Shown: positions 28,271-37,568 of the stretch, piece after piece
Position numbering within the stretch: the stretch's first letter is position 1
Layout of the letters: every line of letters starts with the position of its first letter
Source of the DNA: Candidatus Zapsychrus exili
GTDB lineage: Bacteria; Omnitrophota; Gorgyraeia; Zapsychrales; Zapsychraceae
Direction of reading: 5' to 3'
Length of the DNA stretch: 60,723 nucleotides
Assembly: GCA_030765585.1 (NCBI GenBank)
Contig: JAVCCJ010000034.1
Location: 1 to 60,723 of the forward strand
Made by a program: the position numbers and the translations under genes
The notes under the pieces: generated by a model
Told to the model about the DNA's origin: nothing
What the model saw: the letters and a program-made list of their open reading frames with translations, nothing else
Databases searched by the model: none

Positions 28271-28462
28271 TGATTACAGTGATTAAAGAAAACGCTGGCA
28301 ATGATGAGAGAAAATGATGACAATGATTAAGAAACACTGTCATTCCTGCGGCTTGCCCTTAGAAGCCTTGGCGAAGTAGGGAGGCAGGAATCTCATAACT
28401 GTATAAGACAAGTGAAAATAATAAGATTGCCACGGCTTGCTATCGCAAGCCTCGCAATGACA
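28271..28462. repeat. Composite repeat locus upstream of argC
   Basis: 9-mer tandem 28271-28287; CTGTCATTCCTGC 28337-28349 ... GGCAGGAATCTC 28383-28394 with a 33-nt insert; AGATTGCCAC...CTCGCAATGACA 28424-28462. Confidence 0.75.
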
Positions 28463-28486
28463 ATGCTTTAAAAAGGAATCTAAACT

Positions 28487-29506
28487 ATGGTTAAAGTAGG
28501 AATTGTTGGAGTAAGTGGGTACTCAGGTCTTGAGCTGCTTAAGATATTATTAAATCACAAAGAAGTACGCGTAACTTATGTTAGTGCTAATAATACAACA
28601 GGCAAGATCTCTGTAATTTGGCCACAATTAAAAAATAAATGCAACCTAGTTTGCAAAAAATATAATGTAAAAAAAGCTATTGACCTGTGCGATGTTATCT
28701 TTCTCGCTGTTCCACATAAAACAGCAATGAAAATAACTCCAGAGTTACTTAAGAACAAAAAACTTGTTATTGACTTAAGTAGTGACTATCGACTAGAGGC
28801 AGCCTCATTATATAAAAAATGGTACAAAGAAACCCACACAGACACAAGCAACCTTAAGAAAGCTGTGTATGGCCTACCTGAACTATATCGAGAAGATATA
28901 AAGAAGGCCAATCTAATTTCTAATCCAGGATGCTATCCTACAGCTGCAATTTTAGGACTTACGCCTTTTATTTCTGTGCATTCTAATATTATCAATTCAA
29001 TTACCATTGATGCTAAATCAGGCGTATCAGGAGCAGGGAAACGAGTAACAACTGCGCTTAGCTTTGCTGAGGCAAATGAAAATTTTAAAGCATACAAAGT
29101 CTTGAACCATCAGCATGCTCCAGAAATAGATCTTTATCTATCAAAAATATCTGACAAAAAAGTATCTATAGATTTTGTGCCGCATCTTCTTCCTACAAAC
29201 CGAGGAATACTTGAGACCATATATGTACGCCTAGATAAAAAAGTGTCACTAAACAATATATACAAAATTTATAAACGTTTTTATAAAACTGAAAAATTTG
29301 TGCGAGTATTACATTTGGACGTTCAACCTGAGCTTAAAAATGTGACCAACACAAATTATTGTGATATAGGGCTTGCAATCAGTAAGAACGGAAAGCTTCT
29401 TGTTATAACAAGCGTTATTGATAATCTGCTAAAAGGCGCATCTGGACAAGCCGTTCAAAATATGAATATAGCCTGCAACTTTAAAGAAGACACAGGAATA
29501 AAATGA
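28487..29506 (+). CDS. argC: N-acetyl-gamma-glutamyl-phosphate reductase
   Basis: GVSGYSG, YGLPEL, NPGCYPT, SGVSGAG, DNLLKGASGQAVQNMN. Confidence 0.96.
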   Translation: MVKVGIVGVSGYSGLELLKILLNHKEVRVTYVSANNTTGKISVIWPQLKNKCNLVCKKYNVKKAIDLCDVIFLAVPHKTAMKITPELLKNKKLVIDLSSDYRLEAASLYKKWYKETHTDTSNLKKAVYGLPELYREDIKKANLISNPGCYPTAAILGLTPFISVHSNIINSITIDAKSGVSGAGKRVTTALSFAEANENFKAYKVLNHQHAPEIDLYLSKISDKKVSIDFVPHLLPTNRGILETIYVRLDKKVSLNNIYKIYKRFYKTEKFVRVLHLDVQPELKNVTNTNYCDIGLAISKNGKLLVITSVIDNLLKGASGQAVQNMNIACNFKEDTGIK

Positions 29507-30645
29507 AAATAATAAAAGGTGGCGTGACAAAACCTCAAGGATATAAAGCAAGTGGAATATCGTGCGGAATAAAACGATCAGGGAAACTTGACCTAGGCCT
29601 TATTGCAAGCGACTGCGCCACAGTAAGCGTAGGAGTATTTACTAAAAGTTCAGTAAAAGCAGCTCCTCTTGTAATTAGTCAGAAACATATAAAAAACAAC
29701 AAGATTCAGGCTATTATTGTAAATAGTGGTAATGCTAATTGTTTTACTGGTAAATTTGGTCTCGCATATGCAGATAAAACTACAGAGATAATAGGAAAGC
29801 TTCTTAATATTTCAAAAAAAGATGTAATAGTTTCATCTACTGGAATAATCGGAAAACCGCTTCCTTTTAAAAAAATAAAAAATGCATCGAAAAAACTTGT
29901 ACAAAATTTAAGTAAGTCTGGTTCAGAAAGAATAGCTAAGTCCATACTAACAACTGACAAGAAAACAAAACAGTCAGCTGTGCAAATAAACTTAAGGGGC
30001 AAGAAAGTGTATGTAGGTGCTTGTGCAAAAGGATCCGGCATGATTGCGCCAAATATGGCTACAATGCTTGCCTTCGTTACAACTGATGCAGCCATCAATG
30101 CAAACATGTTAAAGATTGCTTTAAAAAAAGCCAATGATGAATCTTTTAACTGTATTAGTGTTGATGGCTGCATGAGCACAAATGACATGGTTATCGTTAT
30201 GGCAAACGGACTTGCGAAAAATAAGAAAATCACAAAAGCTGGAGCTGACTTTAAAAAATTATGCAAAGCAATAAACTATATATGTCTTGACCTTGCAAAG
30301 AAAATTGTTCTAGATGGAGAAGGGGCAACAAAATTTATCAACATAGAAGTAATGGAAGCTAAAAACAAAAAGCAGGCTCAAAAAGCTGCTTTACAAATTG
30401 CTAATTCTGTTCTTGTTAAAACAGCAGCTTACGGAAGCAATCCAAATTGGGGTCGAATTGCAGCAGCTGTTGGGTCTTTAGGTATTTCTAAAATAACTGA
30501 AAACAACTTAAAAATAGTATTTAGCTCATTTAAAGAAAAAGAAATAAAAATAATCGTAGATTTAGGCTTAGGCAAAGCATCCGCATCCGCTTATACTTGT
30601 GATCTATCATTAGACTATGTGAGGATAAATGGAAAATATAATTAA
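29503..30645 (+). CDS. argJ: Ornithine acetyltransferase / N-acetylglutamate synthase
   Basis: NSGNAN, STGIIG, KGSGMIAPNMATML, STND, DGEGATK, NWGRI. Confidence 0.95.
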   Translation: MKIIKGGVTKPQGYKASGISCGIKRSGKLDLGLIASDCATVSVGVFTKSSVKAAPLVISQKHIKNNKIQAIIVNSGNANCFTGKFGLAYADKTTEIIGKLLNISKKDVIVSSTGIIGKPLPFKKIKNASKKLVQNLSKSGSERIAKSILTTDKKTKQSAVQINLRGKKVYVGACAKGSGMIAPNMATMLAFVTTDAAINANMLKIALKKANDESFNCISVDGCMSTNDMVIVMANGLAKNKKITKAGADFKKLCKAINYICLDLAKKIVLDGEGATKFINIEVMEAKNKKQAQKAALQIANSVLVKTAAYGSNPNWGRIAAAVGSLGISKITENNLKIVFSSFKEKEIKIIVDLGLGKASASAYTCDLSLDYVRINGKYN

Positions 30646-31483
30646 AAAAGCAAGCGTATTAATCGAAGCGATTCCTTATATACATGCATTTCGAAAGAAA
30701 GTTTTTGTCATAAAATATGGCGGTAGCATACTTGACAATGCTGTTATTCGAAAGAATGTACTAGAAGATATTGTTTTCTTAAGCTATGTTGGAATTCATA
30801 CCATACTTGTGCATGGTGTAGGTCCACATATAAGCATGCGCGTCAAAGAAGCTGGGCTTAACTCTGAGTTTTGTGATGGAATACGAGTAACTGATAAAGA
30901 AACTCTTGATATCGTAAGCGAAGAACTTGAAAAATTAAATCAACAAATCGTAGAAGAGATTAAAGAGCTAAAAGGCGATGTAACGGGACTGAAAGGCAGC
31001 GAAAACATAATTCATGTTGAAAAACGTAAAGCATCGAAAGACCTTGGGTATGTTGGCACTATTACATCGATAGATAAAGACGCCTTAAATAAACATCTCA
31101 AAAAAGGACATATCACCGTTGTGTCTCCTATGGGAATTAGCACAGAAAAGCAGCCTCATAACATTAATGCTGATGAGGTAGCAAGCGTAATTGCAACATC
31201 AATGGAAGCTGAAAAACTCGTTCTACTTACAAATGTACATGGTGTTATGCGAAATCCTGATGATGAAGATTCGCTTATATCAACGCTTACCACTGCTGAG
31301 ATTGACAACTTAATAAAATTAAACGTTATTCAAAGCGGAATGATACCAAAAGTTAACTCTTGTATTTCGGCTTTAAACGGAGGAGTCAAAAAGACTCACA
31401 TTGTTGACGCTCGAATGCAGCACGCTCTATTGCTTGAGTTCTTTACAAACCGTGGTGTTGGAACTCAGATACATAAGGGGTAA
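30629..31483 (+). CDS. argB: Acetylglutamate kinase
   Basis: VIKYGGS, GIRVTD, NINAD, GMIPKV, LLEFFT..GVGT; HGGG loop reads HGVG. Confidence 0.93.
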   Translation: MENIIKKASVLIEAIPYIHAFRKKVFVIKYGGSILDNAVIRKNVLEDIVFLSYVGIHTILVHGVGPHISMRVKEAGLNSEFCDGIRVTDKETLDIVSEELEKLNQQIVEEIKELKGDVTGLKGSENIIHVEKRKASKDLGYVGTITSIDKDALNKHLKKGHITVVSPMGISTEKQPHNINADEVASVIATSMEAEKLVLLTNVHGVMRNPDDEDSLISTLTTAEIDNLIKLNVIQSGMIPKVNSCISALNGGVKKTHIVDARMQHALLLEFFTNRGVGTQIHKG

Positions 31484-31484
31484 A

Positions 31485-31566
31485 GTAGGGGCAGGCCCCC
31501 GTGCCTGCCTGAATAACAATGATCAATTATATTGAATAGCGGGCGGGGATAGAACCCCGTCCCTAC
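31485..31566. repeat. GTAG-type REP doublet
   Basis: GTAGGGGCAGGCCCCCGTGCCTGCC 31485-31509 and GGGCGGGGATAGAACCCCGTCCCTAC 31541-31566, each self-hairpinned. Confidence 0.8.
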
Positions 31567-31578
31567 GAACCTATTATT

Positions 31579-32772
31579 ATGAAAAAAATGGACATTATTA
31601 AAAACTACCAAAAATATATTCTTTCTACATACACACGAACTGAAGCTATTTTTGTAAAAGGTAAAGGAAGTATTATCATTGATATACATGGAAAGAAATA
31701 TTTAGATTTTTTCCCTGGCTGGGGTGTAAACAATATGGGGCATTGCCATACAAAAGTTATGTCAGGCGTACGGGATCAAATAGGAAAACTTATTCATGTG
31801 CCTAATAATTTTTACCATCCTAATCAGGTAAAATTAGCTCAAGAAATTATTCGAAACTCATTCGATGGAAAAGTATTCTTCTGCAACAGCGGAACTGAAG
31901 GGTGTGAGGCAGCAATAAAGTTTGCACGTGCATATGGAAAAGGTTCTCGTTTTGAAATTATTACCATGAAGAACTCTTTTCATGGGCGTACACTTGGATC
32001 TTTAGCCGCAACAGGACAAGAAAAATACCAAAAAGGATTTAGCCCTTTACCCGAAGGCTTTAAAACTGTTGAGTTTAACGATATATCTGCTTTAAAAGGA
32101 GCTATAACAAGCAAAACAGTAGCTATAATGCTTGAGCTTGTTCAAGGAGAAGGCGGATTAAACATTGCAAATAAAGAATATATTAAAGAGCTTCGAAACC
32201 TATGTGACGAAAAAGATATTTTACTTATTTTTGACGAAGTGCAAACCGGAATGGGTCGAACAGGAGAAATGTTTGCATTTAAAAATTATGGGGTAAAACC
32301 TGACCTTATGATACTAGCTAAAGCGCTAGGCGGTGGACTTCCTATAGGAGCATTAGTAGTTAAAGAAAGTATCTCTGACACATTTAAGCCTGGAATGCAT
32401 GCGTCAACCTTTGGAGGAAGCCCTTTAATTTGTAAAGCATCACTTGGGGCTTTTAAGGCTATCTTCGCTGATAAGATGCTTAAAAATACAAGAACAATGG
32501 GACAGTATATTCTAGAAAAACTTCAAAGCTTAAAAGATAAATTTGATTGTATTGTTGATATTCGCGGTATGGGCCTTATGATAGGCATAGAATTAAATAT
32601 CGAAGGAAAAGATATCTACGAAGAATGCTTTAAAAAAGGACTTATTATAAACTGTACTCAGGGAAATGTTCTGCGACTTATGCCAGCTTTAAATATTACA
32701 CGAAAACAAGCTAACAAAGCTCTTTATATTTTAGAAAAAGCAATAACAACAGTTATAAGGGATAAGGGATAA
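31579..32772 (+). CDS. argD: Acetylornithine aminotransferase
   Basis: FCNSGTE, SFHGRT, FDEVQTGMGRTG, AKALGGG, HASTFGG. Confidence 0.93.
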   Translation: MKKMDIIKNYQKYILSTYTRTEAIFVKGKGSIIIDIHGKKYLDFFPGWGVNNMGHCHTKVMSGVRDQIGKLIHVPNNFYHPNQVKLAQEIIRNSFDGKVFFCNSGTEGCEAAIKFARAYGKGSRFEIITMKNSFHGRTLGSLAATGQEKYQKGFSPLPEGFKTVEFNDISALKGAITSKTVAIMLELVQGEGGLNIANKEYIKELRNLCDEKDILLIFDEVQTGMGRTGEMFAFKNYGVKPDLMILAKALGGGLPIGALVVKESISDTFKPGMHASTFGGSPLICKASLGAFKAIFADKMLKNTRTMGQYILEKLQSLKDKFDCIVDIRGMGLMIGIELNIEGKDIYEECFKKGLIINCTQGNVLRLMPALNITRKQANKALYILEKAITTVIRDKG

Positions 32773-32815
32773 GTTGTTTTTTAACTTAAACCTTAAACCC
32801 TAAACCTTAAACCTA
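32755..32815. repeat. Heptamer dyad element overlapping the argD stop
   Basis: ATAAGGG-ATAAGGG-ATAAG 32755-32773; CYTAAAC x4 32785-32812. Confidence 0.75.
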
Positions 32816-32829
32816 AAATAGGAAAACAT

Positions 32830-33744
32830 ATGAAGAAAGATCTACTCACAATAGAAGACTTAACAAAAGACGATATACTAAAGATCTTAAAATCAACAGA
32901 AGAACTTAAAAAAGATAAATTTAAGTGCAACAATCTTTTAGATGGCAAATCTATTGCTCTAGTTTTTCAAAAATCATCAAACCGAACTCGCGTATCTTTT
33001 GAAGTAGGGATAAGTCAATTAGGCGGAAACTGTGTTTATCTAGGTCCGAAAGAAATCAAGCTTGGAGTTCGAGAATCTGTATCTGATGCAGCAAATACAC
33101 TTGCTCGTTATGTTGATGGGATTGTGGCTCGAACATACAAGCATCAAGACATTATCGATTTGGCAAAATATGCCAATATACCTATTATAAATGGCTAGTC
33201 TGATCTTTATCATCCATGTCAGGGGCTAACTGATATCTTTTCCGTAAAGGAAAAGTTTGGCACCTTAGATGGAATAACCGTATCTTATGTAGGCGATGGA
33301 AACAATGTATGCACTTCTTTATTGTTTGTATGTGCAAAGCTTGGAGTTAATGTCAATATTGCGACACCTGACGCATATCGAATAGACTCAACTATTTTAG
33401 ATAAAGCTAACTCTTACGCCAAACAATCTGGTGCAAAAATAAACACAGGAAACGACCCAAAAGAATTAGTTAAAGGGGTAGATGTGATTTACGCAGATGT
33501 CTGGGTAAGTATGGGACAAGAGGATGAGACAGCGAAACGACTAAAAGATTTCGAAGATTTCCAAATAAATAAAAATCTAGCCGATCTTGCTAATAAAGAT
33601 TTTGTTTTCATGCATTGCCTTCCTGCGCATCGAGGGCAAGAAGTAACAGGCGAAGTTATTGACGGACCTAATTCAATTGTGTTTGATCAGGCTGAAAATC
33701 GACTTCATACTCAAAAAGCTATACTTAAATTTCTATTTCAATAG
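32830..33744 (+). pseudogene. argF: Ornithine carbamoyltransferase interrupted by an in-frame TAG (33196-33198)
   Basis: KSSNRTRVSFE, then ING-TAG-SDLYHPCQ, YVGDGNNV, W.SMG, HCLP in one frame; real lesion vs assembly error unresolved. Confidence 0.85.
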
Positions 33745-33755
33745 AGGAGATATAT

Positions 33756-34928
33756 ATGTCAAAGAAAGTTGTTTTAGCATATTCAGGCGGACTTGATACA
33801 TCCTGCATAATACCTTGGTTAAAAAACAAAGGATATAACACAATTGCTGTTATTGGCAATGTTGGGCAAGGTGGAGACTTTGCGAAAATAGAAAAGAAAG
33901 CTCTTAAATCAGGTGCTTCAAAAGTTTACTGTCTTGATTTGCAAAAAGAATTAATAGAAGACTACGTACTATTAGCACTTCGAGCAGGGGCTTTATACGA
34001 AGGAAAATATAATTTAGCTTGTGCTTTGTCTCGACCATTAATTGCAAAACATCAAACAGCTATAGCCTTAAAAGAAAAAGCCGATGCACTTGCTCACGGC
34101 TGTACTGGAAAAGGGAATGATCAGGTACGATTTGAAACAACATTTCGTCTAATGGCGCCAGAAATGGAAATCATAGCCCCAGTACGTGTGTGGGAATTTA
34201 AAACGCGAGATCAAGAGATTGATTACGCAAAAGAACAAGGCGTCCCAGTTAATGTTACTAAAAAAAGTCCTTATAGCATAGACACAAACATCTACGGACG
34301 AGCCATAGAATGTGGTGTGCTTGAAAATCCATGGAATGAGCCGCCAGAAAATATTTATTCAATGACAACGTCTCCATCTAAGGCTCCTAACAAGGTAACT
34401 TATGTTGATATTGCTTTTGTAAAAGGTGTACCGAAGAAAATAAATGGCAAATCTTACAAACCAGTTGCTCTTGTAAAGAAACTGAACGAAATTGGCGGCA
34501 AAAATGGAGTAGGGCGAGTAGATATGATAGAAAATCGTCTTGTAGGTATTAAATCACGTGAAATTTATGAAAATCCTGCAGGGACTATGTTGAATATTGC
34601 ACTAAACGACCTTGAAAGCTTAGTTCTGGACCGAGAGACAATGCGATATAAGACTCAAGCTTCTCAAAAATATGCTGAATTGACTTATAATGGATTATGG
34701 TTTACTCCACTAAAAGAACAACTAGATAAATATTTTGATGCAATGCATGAGTTTACAACGGGTGTTGTGCGACTAAAACTTTATAAAGGAAATTGCAATG
34801 TTGTAGGGCGAAAGTCTAAACATTCTCGATACAAAGAAAAACTTGCTACTTATGGCAAGGGAGATCAATTTAATCAAAAATTAGCAGAAGGATTTAACGC
34901 ATTGTGGGCAATGCCATTTAAAAAATAA
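33756..34928 (+). CDS. argG: Argininosuccinate synthase
   Basis: AYSGGLDTS, SRPLIA, HGCTGKGNDQVRF, ENRLVGIKSREIYE. Confidence 0.97.
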   Translation: MSKKVVLAYSGGLDTSCIIPWLKNKGYNTIAVIGNVGQGGDFAKIEKKALKSGASKVYCLDLQKELIEDYVLLALRAGALYEGKYNLACALSRPLIAKHQTAIALKEKADALAHGCTGKGNDQVRFETTFRLMAPEMEIIAPVRVWEFKTRDQEIDYAKEQGVPVNVTKKSPYSIDTNIYGRAIECGVLENPWNEPPENIYSMTTSPSKAPNKVTYVDIAFVKGVPKKINGKSYKPVALVKKLNEIGGKNGVGRVDMIENRLVGIKSREIYENPAGTMLNIALNDLESLVLDRETMRYKTQASQKYAELTYNGLWFTPLKEQLDKYFDAMHEFTTGVVRLKLYKGNCNVVGRKSKHSRYKEKLATYGKGDQFNQKLAEGFNALWAMPFKK

Positions 34929-34939
34929 TAGGGGAAAAC

Positions 34940-36322
34940 ATGTCATCAAAAAAATTATGGGGTAGCCGCTTTAAAACAGGTACTGATAAATTGGCAGACA
35001 ATTTTAGCTTTAGCATAGCTTATGACTATCGTCTTGCGAAATACGATGTGCTCACAGGCATTGTTCACGCTGATATGTTAGGTAAAAAGAACATAATCAG
35101 CAAAAAGGATGCTTCTAAAATCATATCTGGACTTAAAAAAATTGCCTCAAAGATAAATAAAGGTACTTTTAAGTTTGATAAAACGGCGGAAGATATTCAC
35201 ACCAATATTCAAACAGAACTAAAAAAATTAATCGGAGATGCTGCAGATAAACTACATACAGCGCGATCACGAAACGACTTAATAGCGGTTGATATGAAAA
35301 TGTACTGCTCTGATGAGCTTGTCCTTATTATTGATCTAACTGCAAAGCTTCAAAAATCAATATTAAAATTTGCTGAAAAGAATAAAGATATCATTATCCC
35401 AGCTTATACTCATCTTCAAGCAGCACAAGTTGTACTTTTATCGCATCACGCACTTGCATATATTGAAATGCTTGAGCGAGATAAAAAACGATTAATGGAC
35501 TCTATTATGCGAGCAGATCAAATGCCTTTAGGGAGCTGTGCGCTTTCAGGCACATCACTTCCTATAGATCGCAAAATGGTTGCCAAGAATCTTGGGTTTT
35601 ACGAAGCAACGCAGAATAGCATTGATTCTGTAAGTGATCGAGACTTTATAGTAGACGCGTTAGCATCAATAGCTATCATGGGTATGCATTTTTCACGAAT
35701 AGCTGAAGATTTTATTATATGGTCTACAAATGAGTTTAATTTCGTAAATATAGATTGGTCGCTTTGTACGGGGTCATCTATCATGCCTCACAAAAAAAAT
35801 CCTGATATATTAGAGCTAGTGCGTGCTGAAACATCAACGCTATATAGCAACCTTAACAAGATTCTTGTTTTGATGAAGGGGCTTCCTTTAACGTACAATC
35901 GAGATATGCAACTAGACAAGCCGCCTTTATTTGAATCTATAGATAAAACAAAAGAGATACTTCAGCTATTGTCAAAACTATTTGCTACATTAAAAATTAA
36001 GAAAGACGTTCTTAAAAAGCGTACCTGTGATGAATCGCTTTTCTCTGTTGATATTATGGAGTATCTAATTAAGAAGGGGCTGTCGTACCGAGAAGCTCAC
36101 GACACTATTGGTAAAATTATAAAAGAATGTACAGATAAAGGTAAGAAGATATCTGACCTAAACATTAAAGAGCTTAAAAAATATTCTATAAAGTTTGAAA
36201 ATAATGTTAAGAAGCTTTTAAACGCGGAGGTTTCTGTTAAAATTAAAAAATCGCTAGGCTCAACAAGTCCTGAATCTGTAGAGACTCAAATCAAGAATTG
36301 GAAAAGGATATTAAATGCATAA
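34940..36322 (+). CDS. argH: Argininosuccinate lyase
   Basis: LWGSRF, LHTARSRND, PAYTHLQ, GSSIMPHKKNPD, YNRDMQ. Confidence 0.96.
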   Translation: MSSKKLWGSRFKTGTDKLADNFSFSIAYDYRLAKYDVLTGIVHADMLGKKNIISKKDASKIISGLKKIASKINKGTFKFDKTAEDIHTNIQTELKKLIGDAADKLHTARSRNDLIAVDMKMYCSDELVLIIDLTAKLQKSILKFAEKNKDIIIPAYTHLQAAQVVLLSHHALAYIEMLERDKKRLMDSIMRADQMPLGSCALSGTSLPIDRKMVAKNLGFYEATQNSIDSVSDRDFIVDALASIAIMGMHFSRIAEDFIIWSTNEFNFVNIDWSLCTGSSIMPHKKNPDILELVRAETSTLYSNLNKILVLMKGLPLTYNRDMQLDKPPLFESIDKTKEILQLLSKLFATLKIKKDVLKKRTCDESLFSVDIMEYLIKKGLSYREAHDTIGKIIKECTDKGKKISDLNIKELKKYSIKFENNVKKLLNAEVSVKIKKSLGSTSPESVETQIKNWKRILNA

Positions 36323-37568
36323 TTTCAAATTTAAAAATAATGAGCTTTGTTGTGAAGGCGTCAAGATAAGCTCTATTGCAAGGAAAGTTGGCACACCTTT
36401 CTATCTATACAGTCAAAAGGCTTTTGTCGAGCGCTGCAATAGCATTAAAAAAGCCTTTAAAGAAGTTACGCCTATTATTTGTTTTGCAGTTAAATCAAAC
36501 AACAATCTATCTGTCTTAAAAACTTTAAAAGATTTAGGCGCAGGATTTGATATTGTATCTTTAGGCGAACTTAAGAAGGTTCTTAAAGTTGGAGCTGATG
36601 CTAGTAAAATAGCTTTTGCATCTGTAGGAAAAACAGAAGAAGAGATAAGAGCAGCTTTAAAAGCTTCAATATTATTCTTCAATGTCGAATCTGAACCAGA
36701 ACTTGTCAGAATAAATGAGATAGCTAAGCAATTAAAGAAAAAGGCTCCTGTTGCGTTAAGAATAAATCCTGACGTTGATGCTGCAACGCACAAATCAATA
36801 ACAACAGGTACTCTTAAAAATAAATTTGGAATAGATCTAAAAACAACAAAAAATATATTAACGAATCAAAAAAAATATCCACACATTAACTTTAAAGGGC
36901 TTCATATACACATAGGATCTCAAATAACAACAATAGATCCATTTGTAAACGCGATAAAGAAAGTTACTGTTTTTATAAAAACTCTTGAAGCTAATGAAAT
37001 TGAGCTGGAATACTTTGATATTGGCGGAGGAATGGGAATATCTTACGATGGCAAAAAAACTCCAAGTGCATCAGATTTTGCCAAGAAAATAGTTCCTTTG
37101 CTTAAGAAAACTGGATTAAAGATAGTGCTTGAGCCTGGAAGATTCATATCAGGCAATTCAGGTGTATTTGTAACAAAATCTCTTTATCTAAAAGATAATG
37201 GGGTAAAGAAGTTTCTTATCGTTGATGGCGGTATGAGCGATTTAATAAGACCAACTCTTTATCAAGCACATCATGAAATAGTACCTGTTAAAAAGACAAG
37301 TGCTAAGAAAATAAAAGTAGACATAGTGGGTCCTATTTGTGAAAGTGGAGATTACTTTGCTAAAGACAGAAATTTCCCTCGTGTAAAAGATGGTGATTTG
37401 ATTGCAATAAAAAGCGCTGGCGCCTACGGACATGTTATGGCAAGCAACTATAACGTAAGGCCTAAACCAGCTGAAATAATGGCAAAAGGATCGAAATGGG
37501 CTATTGTAAGAAAGAAAGAGTCTTTCGAAGACCTAATTAAAAATGAAAAAATACCGAGTATAATATGA
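36315..37568 (+). CDS. lysA: Diaminopimelate decarboxylase
   Basis: FAVKSN, KFGI, HIGSQ, DIGGG, EPGRFI, GPICESGD, GAYG.MASNYN. Confidence 0.96.
   Translation: MHNFKFKNNELCCEGVKISSIARKVGTPFYLYSQKAFVERCNSIKKAFKEVTPIICFAVKSNNNLSVLKTLKDLGAGFDIVSLGELKKVLKVGADASKIAFASVGKTEEEIRAALKASILFFNVESEPELVRINEIAKQLKKKAPVALRINPDVDAATHKSITTGTLKNKFGIDLKTTKNILTNQKKYPHINFKGLHIHIGSQITTIDPFVNAIKKVTVFIKTLEANEIELEYFDIGGGMGISYDGKKTPSASDFAKKIVPLLKKTGLKIVLEPGRFISGNSGVFVTKSLYLKDNGVKKFLIVDGGMSDLIRPTLYQAHHEIVPVKKTSAKKIKVDIVGPICESGDYFAKDRNFPRVKDGDLIAIKSAGAYGHVMASNYNVRPKPAEIMAKGSKWAIVRKKESFEDLIKNEKIPSII

Noticed and set aside
29706-30266. 186-aa minus-strand ORF and the many similar short antisense ORFs in the track
   Set aside because: Fully inside well-supported + strand genes, with typical antisense-frame composition
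33196-33198. Genome-wide amber reassignment or pyrrolysine
   Set aside because: TAG terminates several conserved genes in this window at their expected ends
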